64,000 nt of DNA from NCBI RefSeq assembly GCF_009914755.1, contig NC_060936.1, one strand, 5' to 3'. The translations under genes and the position numbers were made by a program. Source of the stretch: the human T2T-CHM13v2.0 reference genome, Homo sapiens. The notes beneath the pieces were generated by a model that made no database searches, was not told the origin of the DNA, and saw only the letters and a list, made by a program, of their open reading frames with translations. Below, one piece after another: positions 45,580-57,999 of this stretch. Each line of letters starts with the position of its first letter. The stretch's first letter is position 1.

Positions 45580-46715
45580 TCATGACTGATACAGATGTGT
45601 AAATAAGCATATATAAAAGATTTATTATATTCACTAATCAACGAGAAAACCAATGTTGCAACTCGTTCAAAAAAGAAACTGATTTAGGGATATTGAAATA
45701 AATGTCCAAATGGGGGCAAAATTATTTTTTCCAGAGTGAGTGGGAAAGAAATCAATCAAACCTTTACCAAATAGGAAAAAATTACAGACAAAAATCACTT
45801 TGCATTCCTATTGGTTACCTAAAAGTCACAGAGTTGTAAATACCTCCCACAGTGTCAGAATCTGATAACCCAGAGGGGTTTCCTCTAGAGTATAGTTGCA
45901 TAGTTTTCAACTGGAAGCACAAATATTTTGCCTACACCAGGCAGACAAACAACATGTGTTCACTAAACAAGGGATGTAGTATTTGAGAGAGAAATGTTTC
46001 CCCTTGTAATTCCAGGTGGCACCAGCAGAAAGCTTACCCAAATTCAGTTACCACAGGTAATGTATTGGTTCCTGGAAATAGGGTCTCCGCCTCAGTTGTC
46101 TCTGTGTTCTCTGGACCTAACACATGAGAGACATTTATTAAGTGTATGAGATGAATGTTGAATAGTGCACCTGCCATGTGGATTTCCTCTGGAGCAATAG
46201 AAAAGTGTCCCTACCTTTATGTTGCTCATACATAGCCTTGAACCATTTCTACAGCTCTTAGTTCTCAGCTAGCAGAAAAGCCCTGTAATTTTATTGCTAC
46301 GAAATATATTGCATGTATGTAAAACATTAGAAACTTGGATTTGGGGATTTGTATTATAAATTACTCAAGGTTAATTTTGGTTCTACAGAGATACTATTTC
46401 TGTGGTGGCTGGCTATAGTAACACTAAACAAGCATGATGAATTGTTGCTATTATAACTACAGTAAACTACATTGTAATTACAGTAAAAAAACAGCAAACA
46501 GCAAAAGATGATAGGAACTGGGATTTGCATTAAACTACAGTCTATGTTGAATGCAAGCAAATGGAACTTACAATTCTAACGAATAAGATGTTTTTCAGGG
46601 CATCTAGTTACTCCCAACCAATGAGACACATACTTATTAGACCGTAAGCAGCTGCTGGGCCAACTCTCAAGGAAAAACATCAACTCAATAAGAAACAACG
46701 GCTAAAAATGTATAG

Positions 46716-47143
<428 letters not shown>

Positions 47144-48449
47144 TGAACTACAGGCCTCACAATCAAACTGTGGAATCAAGACTGCCTATCCTTTAACATG
47201 AACTGTTTTGAATTACTTCTCCTCCGAATTGCCTTTTAATGGTGACACCACAGCACATGTGATATCAGGAGAGAGTTAGACAAGCAGCATAGTAGTTCTC
47301 CATGGGAGCAATATAACTTAATCTGCCTTTAGGTTCACAGGGTAGCCTTCATTGCTTGGGGCAGATGAATCTGTGTGATTCTTGGAAAATGTGGGACAAG
47401 GAGACCCGTAATGAGAACTAGTCAATTTTAGGAACATGGTCTTTTACCATAGTAAAAGGTAAAAATATATTTTTCCCCCATTCGAAGAGTCAATAAAGTA
47501 TATCCAGCCATTAGCCTAAGGCCTGTGTTTTCCTCTGGGCCATAAAACATATACTTAGTTGGGCATCTCTTTAAAAGATTCACTTAATGTAAAATGGAAA
47601 GACAACTTGGAGCAGGGCAGACTTCTTGACAACTGGATTGAGAGCTATGAAAATGAAAGAATAGAGAACAGATTTTTAAAAGGTAGGAAGTTTCAGACTC
47701 TCGGAGGGAAATCTGGGGAGAACTCAAGCAGCTTGAGTTGACAATGCTTTCAAAACAAGTCAAGCTAGCGCCTCTATAAGGTGGTGTCTGATCTTCACCC
47801 CCTACGCAAGCTGATTTCTTTCTAAATGGAAAGAAGCTGAAACTCAAATGAGGCCTGGCCTATTCTCCCCAGGGCGCCCTCCCACGATGAAAGGCGTTCT
47901 TCTTCCCTAATCAAGTCTATCCCAATGGAAAACTTTTCTTTCCTCTTTTCCGTGTAATTTAAAAATAAATAAGTCACCAAAAGCCAATCTAGAGATGAAA
48001 ACCCATTGAAAAGAAATGTTGACACGCTTGTTACTGGCCCCTGTGTGGGCAGTGCACAGGGAGTGGGCACGCACTTCTGTTAGTTGGAGAAAGCATGAAC
48101 TGCTGAAATTATTTCTGACTGCTAAATGAAGGAGGAAACCTGCTGTGCAATGTGCCAAGTGTTCACATAGAAAATCAGCATACCCCAGGGAAAGGGGGAG
48201 GGAGGGGGAGATGCCGAAAAACTGAATATTGGAGTTTTGGAGCAGGTTGAGAGGTAACAGGAGGGGAAAGATTTCATCTCTGAGGTGGTCCCATTTTAAA
48301 TCTGCTTTCGCCTTCTTACAGAAAGTGGCTCTCTGTATACCTTTACACACCCGCCTGCCAGACAGCGCTTCCTCGCCTTCCTCTGCCACACTCCTTTTAA
48401 AGCAACAGCTGCCCATTCATGGGCCTGGGCAAACACCTGGGCTTCTTGG

Positions 48450-48495
48450 CTGTGTGTGTGTGTGTGTGTGTATGAGAGAGAGAGAGAGAGAGGGA
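48450..48495. repeat. compound (TG)n(AG)n microsatellite
   Basis: Directly visible. Confidence 0.93.
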
Positions 48496-48729
48496 GGGAG
48501 CAAGAGAGCATTTTAGAGCTTTGTGGAATCTAAGGTGGCAGTCAGCCTTACAAGATGCCTGGAAGGACAGAAGCTGGTAAAATGATGCCCTCACCGGGAA
48601 ATAGAGGACTGAAGCAAAACAGGATTGTCTTGGACCTGTGATTGCCCTGAACTTGCCGACAACAAGACAAAAATAGTTTTGTCTAGAAGATGTTTATTCT
48701 GAACCGAGCTTTCCTGCAATATTTGTAAG

Positions 48730-48920
48730 CTATGGTGCACAGAGTACAAACTCTGAAGTCAGGCGAAACTTACTGTGAGTCCCATCTCTGCCACTTACAA
48801 ACTTCATGAGCTTGGGCAAGTTGTCTAATCTGTCTCTGGCAAAGTTGCATCATCTGTAAAATAGAGACAAAGAATATCTTTCTCACAGGATGCTTGGAAG
48901 GATTAAATGAGATACAGTAT
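48730..48920 (+). mobile_element. MIR
   Basis: CTCTGCCACTTAC...CTTGGGCAAGTT...CATCTGTAAAATAG...GGATTAAATGAGAT. Confidence 0.7.
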
Positions 48921-51900
48921 AGTATAAATCAGATTAGAAAACAATAAATCTTTGCTCTATTATTTGTTGGCTAGGTATTATACTAACTTATTCTTTCTGA
49001 CATAATAGTTATTCTAATGTTAAAAGATGTTGCTCTAAAACACAATTTCTAATTATTGAGGAAGATGACAATGAAGAATCTCTTACTATGTCATATGAAG
49101 AAAACACTATTCTCCCTAAGGAAACCTGCTAGCTTTCAGTTTCTTCCACCTATGAAGAACCATGACACATCTCTTTAATATATTCTTTAGTATTCTACAT
49201 TGACTCAAGGGTTCTACTAAAACCCCTGACGAATGGAAGAAAGAGTAATGCGCATATACGGTTACCAAATTTAATGTGGCATGGTTTGTTATGGTTTTGC
49301 ATTTATTTTGTAGAACATAGAACTCATCAGAGCTACTTCCCAGCAGCTTTGTAATGACAACCCAGTGAGCTGTGACCATCAATTACTTTACTCAAATGAA
49401 AGATGGATGGACTGTTTTACTCTTCAGACCCCAAAGCAATGTAGATTTGGCAGGGAGTAGTCACCGTTAAAACAATCCATTTTTTTAGAGGTGACACATT
49501 TTGTATTTATTCCAATTTGTAAATGTCTTCAAGTTTGGAGGAAAATGTAAGGAAACTCTTTGGAAGATGTTTTGGAGCTTAATTAAAATGCAACTTGAAA
49601 ATGTACCCCTTATGCTTTGCACTTGTAAATATGAGCATATTAGGAACGTACACAGAGATGTGAATGTTCTCATCCTGATGTTGGGTTGGGAACTGTGTAC
49701 ATTAATCTTCTGTCAAAATAGCAGTGTGCCTCTTTTGCACAACTGAGCCCTGTGGGTAACTTCTGTGCGGTGTATTCATAGGAAGAAAACCTGATATTTT
49801 AAATTCTCCTCCCTTCCTCTGGGAGGTTGCTGTATACTCAACACAAACCCTTGCTTCTTGTAGTTACAGGGCTGGAAAAGTTCCCACTCAACCAGAGGCT
49901 AGAAAACAAAGGGCGCTCTGGTGAACAGTGGATAACTTAGAGCAGTTATTCTCTAAGCTTCTTGTTATCGGAATAAGAGAAGAGTGTGCCATGGGAATCT
50001 GAAATACTCAAAACTCAGATCCGTATCCTATTTCCAGCAGATTTTTGGGGTATAACTCTGCTTTTCAGTTGTTTAATACAGAAACTGAAAGAACTTTTAA
50101 ATTTTGTTCAACAAATATTTATTGAGCACCTGCTATGTACTGATATTGTTAATTAGTGTTGACGGCATATATGGAATAAAACAAGGCTCCTGCCTTTAAA
50201 AGGTCACAAGATCACTAGGGAAGTAACACTGACAACGTGAAAGGAATAGTCCTTATCTTAAGGAGTTAACCTCATGACACATGACAGTATAATTAAAGCA
50301 ATACCTTTAGTCTTTGTACTCTTGGTAGCTACTGGTGTTTAACACTTTCCCTAAAATGTTCAATTGAATCTTTAGGAGTAGCTCACCATATGGCAGCATT
50401 TTGCTAACTATATGTAGAAACTTTCATAATAGTCTTGTACCTAACACCTTCTGGGTTGTGACATGAAGGGATGTGGCAAACATTTGTGCTTGGAATGTCT
50501 TTTACTCTTTATTTGAGGAAAGAGTGATGGCTCTGCTCTGCTAGGAACACTTCCTACCTGAAACTCTCAACAAAGTGAGCACTTTACACAATATGAACAC
50601 TCTGTGGACATAGTTTCTGTCTACAACTGGTCCTGTTTTCCATGGGCTTTGTGGCCAAAGCAGGGAAAGTTGCAGTCAAACTGTAAGTTACTCTAATATT
50701 AAGTTCTAGATTATCCTACCCAGTGACGGTGTAAGTATCCCAGAATTTCTTACAAGAGGCCACAACTTGAGTTCTTTAAGTATGTGGAGGTTATCTATCA
50801 AGCCATATTTCAGTATTTATTTGATGAATTGATCAGACAATAAAATTGAAGTAATACCTTCTTTTTCTTGTTGGGTTCATTACATAATATATTAAAGAGA
50901 GCATTTGGAATTTTAAAAAGATTGATTTGACTCCTTTTGTCCTTGTACTAAGAATAGATGATGAAAAATTAAAACTAAATTTGTAGCCATTATGGTTATA
51001 GTTATACTTTCTCCCAAGAAAATCTTCAGTTTCTTCATCTTTTTCAGATTGACACTGCCTGCATTCCAAACTAATTTTTGTAACAAGGAAGGGAGATGTC
51101 AATATTGACTTTAAATATTTTCAGGACCAATAATGTCAACACTGATTTTGGTTCATAACTTACGTAGCTCTAAATATATTAGTTGTATTATAAGCACATG
51201 CTTTAAAATGCACTTGTTTTACAGTGATGGCTATGAAAATACAGAGGAAAGGAACAGGGCCTTCATGCTTAAGTGTCACTTTCTATCTTTTGGAGGTGAC
51301 CTCTATAATACCCATAAATACCAAATTTCTATCTGAATAGAATATGAGAAAGGTAGTGGTATGTTAGCAGATTAAGTTTTATTTTCTAAATGCCAGAATA
51401 TTTAGTCCAACTTGCCTTTGTGTAAATTGTTACTGTTTTATAAACAGTACTTAAGTTGAAGATAAGCTATATTCACTAACAGTGTAATTTGCTAGGAGTT
51501 TGTTTACATTAAAATACTTATTATCTTAAACTACATATTTCAGTTTTTCTTTCATATAAAATGACTCTTTTACCCAAATATTTTTGCCTCCTTCATCTCC
51601 CAACTCCATCCCTTATCCTATGATTTTACTCTTTATCACTGCCAGAGGACCCAGGGTATGACTAAGGGCAATAATGGTATTAATAATGTTTTGGTAATAA
51701 TTGATAACTATAAATCCCCAAGTTCCCTCTTCCTCCTTTCCTTTTCAGGGACAGGTTACTTGTGAAGCAAAACTTAAAGATGGTATACACTTAAAGGTGA
51801 ATCTCATGCTTTCTTGCCTTGATAACTAAGTATTTACAAAGCTAGTGTTAGAAAAACTTATTTTTCATTTGAACAACTTATAAGGATTTGGTGCAATGCC

Positions 51901-52539
51901 ACTTAAGATGTAGAGTTTCAAAACTGCTTCATGGAGTTTTGCTTGCATTTTATTAAGTCTTAGTGCATTGGCTTTAAAATTCTGAAGATTGCTTAGTTGT
52001 AAAACCATTTCCAACAAATTTTTAAGTGAAGCTAAGCACACGTTTCCTTATTTGCCTGCTAATGTAGGTTTAAAATTTATTTTTAAAAAATAGCCAAATA
52101 AGTCCTATTTTGAAGACTATGGAATCTAAGTGAAAGTATAAATTCAGTCTTAGAACAGTCCTCCCAGAAACATAATTCTACTCACACTCAGTTCATACTA
52201 ATATCTCCTTATGTGTTTTTTCCCCTTTTCTAGCTATCTATAGGATTTTGGATCATTTCAGCATTTAGTTCTTTCATGTATATGTATGGAACAATCTACC
52301 CACTGGAGTAAAAGGCTCTTAAAGGCATTTTACTTCTTGTGCACCCCTCAAACATCTAATAGACATCTAACAGGATATGGGCACTAATAGAATACTTCCT
52401 CCATATGTGCTTGCTTGATTCATAGGTTTTTTGTTCTGTTTTTCACTAAGCTGCAGACAGCAAAGAAAACAGATCTGTAGAAGGAAATGTGTTCATGTTT
52501 CCATCTGAACATAATGGTAGGAACCACTAGGAGGATATT

Positions 52540-53220
52540 CAAAAGTCAAAAAATAACAGATGCTGGTGAGGTTGTGGAGAAAAAGGAACGTTTATACACT
52601 GTTGGTGGGGGTGTAAATTAGATTAGCCACTGTGGGAGAGAGTGTGGCAGTTCCTCAAAGACCTAAAGACTGAAATACCACTTGACCCAGCAATCCCATT
52701 ACTGGGTATATACCCAAAGGAATACAAATTGTTCTATTACAAAGACACATGCATGCATATGTTCATTGCAGCACTATTGACAATAGCAAAGACGTGGAAT
52801 CAGCCTAAATGCCCATCAATGATAGACTGGATAAAGAAAATGTGGTCCATATACACTATGGAATATTATGCGACCATAAAAAAGAATGAGATACTGTCCT
52901 TTGCAGGGACATGGATGGAGCTGGAGGCCATTATACTTAGAAACTAACACAGGAACAGAAAACCAAACACCACATGTTTTCACTTATAAGTGGGAGCTAA
53001 ATGATGAGAACACATGGACACATAGAGGGGAACAATACACACTGAGGCCTATTGGATAGTGGAGGGTGGAAGGAGGGAGAGGATTAGGAAAAATAACTAA
53101 TGGATACTAGGCTTAATACCTGGGTGATGAAATAATTGGTACAACAAACCCCCATGACACGTGTTTACTCTGTAACAAACCTGTGTATGTACACCTGAAC
53201 TTAAAAGTTAAAAAAAAAAT
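52540..53220 (+). mobile_element. older L1PA (L1PA13-16-like) 3' fragment
   Basis: ORF 52642-52947 is the L1 ORF2p C-terminus (PAIPLLGIYP, MFIAAL.TIAKTWNQPKCP); L1PA 3' UTR and A tail follow. Confidence 0.9.
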
Positions 53221-53824
53221 ACAAAAGAGATTCCACATGGCATCACAACCAAGCTGTTTGCAACTAGAATTCCAGGAACTGTGATACCACAGGAAAGCAA
53301 TGCTCACCTTTGAGAGCTTTTTGAGCAGTTACTTATTTCCCAAACTTGAGTCTTTCTCCTTTCTGTTAGGAACCTTAATAGGCAGTATTCTCAACTAGCT
53401 CTTTTATGCTTAATATCGTTGTTACTAGTAAGAGCAAAATCTCTTAAATTACACTTTACATTTACGGCCTTATAGTCTCTGACTGGCCTCTTTCCCTTTT
53501 TTCCAGCTCTGGCCAACCTTCTGGACTTAATGTCTTTAATCCTTTCTCCTGATTTCTTTCTGCTTCTTTTCTGCCCACTCCTGTCTGAACTTCAAATTGA
53601 ATGTACTTTATAAAATGACATCTAGATAGTTCAGCCATGCTGTTGACTTGAACTGAAATATTGAACAAAATACATTTTAAGTTGTTTTTAACTAAAAGCT
53701 AATGTAGAATTTTTGGAATGTGTACCAACATAAACATACTGTGTTTAAGATTGTATTCAAATCGCTTTTTAAAAAAACATATCATGTTCCTTCTACTAAA
53801 AATCTTAAAGGATAGAATTCACTC

Positions 53825-54306
53825 TCTGAATCATGATGTAATTAGATTATATTTTATTAGACATTCTTTACAAATTTAAAATACTGTTATTTTTACATGC
53901 ACAAAGGAAAATCAATTTGGATAATTATATTTAGGCATTCATTAAAATCAACCACAAAATAGAGACACTTCATTGTGTCATTTATCAACATACTTGATAT
54001 GTATATCTAAAGTGCATTATGTTACAAAAAATATAGAAATTCAGCAGCACCAAGATACATTTACAAAATAAATACATCAATGGACAAAATAAATTATGGT
54101 AAATGTGATAATAATAATTGGATTAGCCTTGGCAAAAAAAAAAATATTCACAATGACCAATGTGCAGTTTCATAGAGCAATGGGGGAGACAGTTTTATTC
54201 CAATGCATTTACAGTATTTACAGACAATAAATATTTCTAATACTTTCCATATGTTCACTATTACAGAATCCTGCAATATGTCCTTGGAAGGTCTCTGCTG
54301 AAAATT
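53825..54306 (-). other. PTHLH: 3' UTR of the PTHrP 1-141 mRNA with AU-rich elements
   Basis: Follows TGA. AUUUA pentamers (plus-strand TAAAT at 54069, 54090, 54100, 54228). AATAAA at 53858-53853. The 3' end is approximate. Confidence 0.85.
53853..53858 (-). terminator. poly(A) signal AATAAA for the 1-141 terminal exon
   Basis: Plus-strand TTTATT about 450 nt after the stop codon. Confidence 0.75.
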
Positions 54307-54316
54307 TCAATGCCTC
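54307..54316 (-). CDS. PTHLH: PTHLH last exon, coding part for PTHrP 1-141 (Arg-His-stop)
   Basis: Acceptor CTTTCTCTTCCTTCTTTTTGCAG|G AGG CAT TGA. CG+G completes Arg139, then R140, H141, stop. Confidence 0.97.
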
Positions 54317-56192
54317 CTGCAAAAAGAAGGAAGAGAAAGAAAAGGAGAAAACAGGTTAGTTTTCTTTACAAATGAAAACATAAAATATAAAGGATATAAG
54401 CTAAGGAATGCAAAATCACAATGGAAAGAGATTCAGGGAACTTCTTGTAAATATCTCCTGCAAGAGGTATCTGTGGGATCCACCCAGATCTCCATAACCT
54501 CTGTTACAGGCAGGGTCTTCAACCTGACTTAGCCCATATGTGCGGAAAGGAAAAGGGCCTGCGTTTCCAATCATGCTGTCAGAAAAAGGAGACTGTGGAA
54601 AAATTTTCCAAGACTGCCAGCTGGCAAGTTTGGGAAGAGAAGGGACAAATTTAAGAACTTGGAAATGAGGTTACGTTGGACCATCCATCATTAAATACAA
54701 TTCACTTGGAAGTTTATTCCCCAGTGACACCTGAATTAGGCAATCCAAAGCTTGTTTATTTTGTTCAGGTGCTCATTTGGACAATCTCTCACAACATAGT
54801 GGGCTGTGGTGAGGATAGTGGAAGTGTGGACTTTGGGAACAATTGGAAGGATGTGTAGTTAAATAGAGTTGATGGTATAATGATATCCATCTTAGTTGAT
54901 GATATGATATTTGGCATTTCTTTAGCTGTCTTTAAACACTAATGAATGAAACTATTATTGGATTTTGTAGTAGTTTTCAAAGCCAAAACTAAAACAGAAT
55001 CATTTGTCTCTCACTCTGTTGGTTTTTGAATGGATTTTTCTGTTAGCATTGGGAAAGTCTACTGTAAATGCGGGAATAATTAAGAATAAATTAATTTAAA
55101 AGTATAAAATATCAGTATTTCATATCACCATGTCTGTTTTATTATTCTGAAGTTACTAGAAACTGACACCTTTTCTAATCTATCTAAATACTGTAATGAC
55201 AGTATTTTAAGATGGGTTAGCGGAGTTTTCTTTGCTTTTCTGTCTCCCTTTCTCTTCTCTTTGTGTGGTCTATGTATTTGTTCCCAAGGAAACAACTACA
55301 GAATGGAATTTGATTGGCTATGTCATTGAATTAACAGTCAGAGTTGTGGCAGAGTTTTACATGGCAGACATATATGGGTGTAAGACCTACAAAGCAGCAT
55401 ATTCTTAACAATTTTGGGGTTTTCTATGCTGCTTACAGAAAAAGCAAATTGAACATTTAAAAGTGTTTTAATGTCTTAGGTTATTGATCTCTTCACCAAT
55501 GGTTTTGGTGGGAATGTTAAAATCGCTCCAACTGCAAAGAAAAGAAGAGTTTAAGATTAAAATTTTAATTGGTGGATGGATGGGGATAGATGATATGAAT
55601 AAAGCCAAAAAGATGACCTCAAAACTCAATAATCTGCATTCTTTACTGATTTTTAAATGTGTTTGTACTAAATGGTATTTTGTGAATTGAGTATAAGAAT
55701 AACACAAAGAGGGAAGGAAGAGGATTTTTAACAATTATTTCCTCAGAAAGAAAGAAAAAGAAGTAAGTTAAAGGACCAAGGAGAAATCTTCTATGTATCT
55801 CACCCTGCTCAGATGTTTGCTCATTCTCCTTTCTTTTGATTTCTCCTTTAACAGAGGCATGTATTGGAATAGCCAAGTAAAACACCTAACAGGATCTAAA
55901 AGTGTATGTGTATGTTTACTATATGTGTGTGCATATGACAGCATTTTACAGTCCTAGCTCTTTTTACTATGGACTTTTAATATTTTTATAAATCAGTATT
56001 TTCCAAGGCAAAAATGATATGATTTCTAACAAATGAGTCCCACTGTATCTGGATATCACATTTGAAGCATTGAAAATTCTAAAATATAATTCCTCCAATT
56101 TAAAGCTATATATTTTTCACTGAATGGTTCATGTGAGAGGAAAATAGACAATTTTACCTCAGTTGTTTTTTCTAAAAGAATGCTGTATTATT

Positions 56193-56483
56193 GGCCGGTG
56201 TGGTGGTTCATGCCTGTAATCCCAGCACTTTGGGGCAGGTGGATCACCTGAGGTCAGGAGTTCGAGACCAGCCTGGCCAACATGGCGAAACCCCATCTCT
56301 ACTAAAAATACAAAAATTAGCCAGGCATGGTGGCGGGTGCCTGCAATCCCAGCTACTCAGGAAGTTGAGGCAGGAGAATCTCTTGAACCCAGGAGGTGGA
56401 GGTTGCAGTGAGCCGAGATTACACCATCTCACTCCAGCCTGGGCAACAGAGCAAGACTCTGTCTCAAAAAAAAAAAAAAAAAA
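56193..56483 (+). mobile_element. AluS in the last PTHLH intron, antisense to the gene
   Basis: Dimeric Alu with a small left-arm deletion and pure A tail. Confidence 0.93.
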
Positions 56484-57022
56484 GAATATTGTTTTTCAAA
56501 CTATTGTATGTATTATAATCAAGTTCATGCTTGCCATATCATCAGACCTCTTGGTTCACCATGTAACAATGCAAAAAGACTAAGGAGGGGACGTTAATAA
56601 AAGACTTATCACTTATAAAACTTTAGGTATTCTGAAAAGATTTTATCTGGATTACAAAACTTGCATGGCCCCATACATTCTCATCAATACACTCCTAAGC
56701 TTCCTCACTCTTCCCTGAACCTCTGTTGGATTGTGTTGGGAGAGTGCCAACATTTGGCTGCCAAACAGTTCTTTCCATGAATGTCCCTCACAAACAGGGA
56801 AGAGAAAGGAAAAGCAGAAACCTCCTATTTCTTTCAGCCCTAGGTCTGGATTTGATTAGGCCACTGTCTAATTTTCACTAGACCTACTTTAACTTAGGGG
56901 TAGTTCCAGGCGTAAGAATTGACGAGTGTTAATTTTCATCAATTCTCCAGATACTTAAAGAACATTGCAAATTTGAAATAAATAAAATCCATCAAAAGTT
57001 ATTTATACCTCTTTTTATAACT

Positions 57023-57065
57023 CATATATATACGTGTATATATATATATACACGTATATATATAC
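57023..57065. repeat. G(TA)nC-type minisatellite/VNTR (short allele) forming a perfect 40-bp palindrome
   Basis: ATATATATACGTG-(TA)7-CACGTATATATAT at 57024-57063 is self-complementary. Confidence 0.85.
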
Positions 57066-57202
57066 TTTTTGCCTCATAGAAACATATCCCCCTAGATAGA
57101 TAGATAGATATAAATAGATAGATGATAGGTAGAGGATACAATCAGAACTAGGTCTAAAAACACCAAAATAATATGTTGCAATTTATTGAATGTTTACTAT
57201 AT
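57064..57202 (+). repeat. direct repeat copy A of a local duplication (partner 57935-58089)
   Basis: ACTTTTTGCCTCATAGAAACATA-CCCCC-(TAGA)n-...CAATCAGAACTAG..AAAAACACCAAAATAATATGTTGCAATTTATTGA.TGTTTACTATAT is shared with copy B. Confidence 0.95.
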
Positions 57203-57622
57203 ACATATATGTTTATATATATATGTTTATATATATGACATGTTTATATATATGAGACAATGGATAAAAATAGGTTTTGGCAATAAAGTAGGGTCCTTAC
57301 ATTAGTTATAAATATATACAGTTAGGATCCTATCTTAAAACACACTAAATATGTGCAGTAAGCCAGAATTTATAGGGTTTGTTACCCTTTAGAGATCCAT
57401 TAGATGTTTGCAGGATAGGTCATTCACTGTGCTCAAGATTTTTCTAGTGCCACTGCCCATTGATTACTGAAGCTGTACTACTTATCCCATATGATTGCTA
57501 TTTTATGTGCTATTTAATGATGGGTTTGCCAGCTTAAAGAGACAAATAATGGTGAATAGGTTCAAGGTCCCCTTTGAAGCATCATCCTATAATCCTATCT
57601 GTAGCAGAGTCAAAGGAAATGA
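57160..57622 (-). other. PTHLH: 3' UTR of the PTHrP 1-173 terminal exon
   Basis: Follows TAG. First minus-strand AATAAA found is at 57187-57182, followed by a GU/U-rich element. The end is approximate. Confidence 0.75.
57182..57187 (-). terminator. poly(A) signal AATAAA for the 1-173 exon (inside the duplicated cassette)
   Basis: Minus strand CATTCAATAAATTGCAACATATTATTTTGGTGTTTTTAG: hexamer, CA and GU-rich downstream element. Confidence 0.75.
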
Positions 57623-57728
57623 CTAAAGAAGTAACAGGGGACTCTTAAATAATGAGATCATTAGTTGCATATGATGTGTTCTTCTGTTGTTTTCCTTTTT
57701 TTTTTTCAAACCCCACAGAAGTGCTGTA
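57623..57728 (-). CDS. PTHLH: PTHLH alternative terminal exon, coding part for PTHrP 1-173 (residues 140-173)
   Basis: Acceptor TTTTTTTTTCTTTTCACTTTTCAG|T at 57728. CG+T completes Arg139, then TALLWGLKKKKENNRRTHHMQLMISLFKSPLLLL and TAG (57625-57623). Matches the known 1-173 C-terminus. Not in the ORF track. Confidence 0.96.
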
Positions 57729-57934
57729 CTGAAAAGTGAAAAGAAAAAAAAATCATTTCAATGGAAATGCATCGATAAAGAAGCAGGGCAAACATAGCAC
57801 TGTCTACGTGTCAGAAAACAGGGAGATAAATCCAGCTTTGGGGCCACCTATTTCAATTCCAAGGACTACTCAGGTCTTTTAGCCGTGGAATGCCTTGGCT
57901 TTCTATTTTATAAAATGGGATTAATATTTGCCCC

Positions 57935-57963
57935 ACTTTTTGCCTCATAGAAACATACCCCCC

Positions 57964-57999
<36 letters not shown>

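Noticed and set aside
47907-48416. 169-aa minus-strand ORF, the longest in the track
   Set aside because: No recognisable domain or exon context; chance ORFs of this size are plausible. PhyloCSF or Ribo-seq support would be needed.
52642-52947. 101-aa ORF that looks like real protein
   Set aside because: C-terminal remnant of L1 ORF2p in a truncated L1PA; the same applies to 30188-30421.
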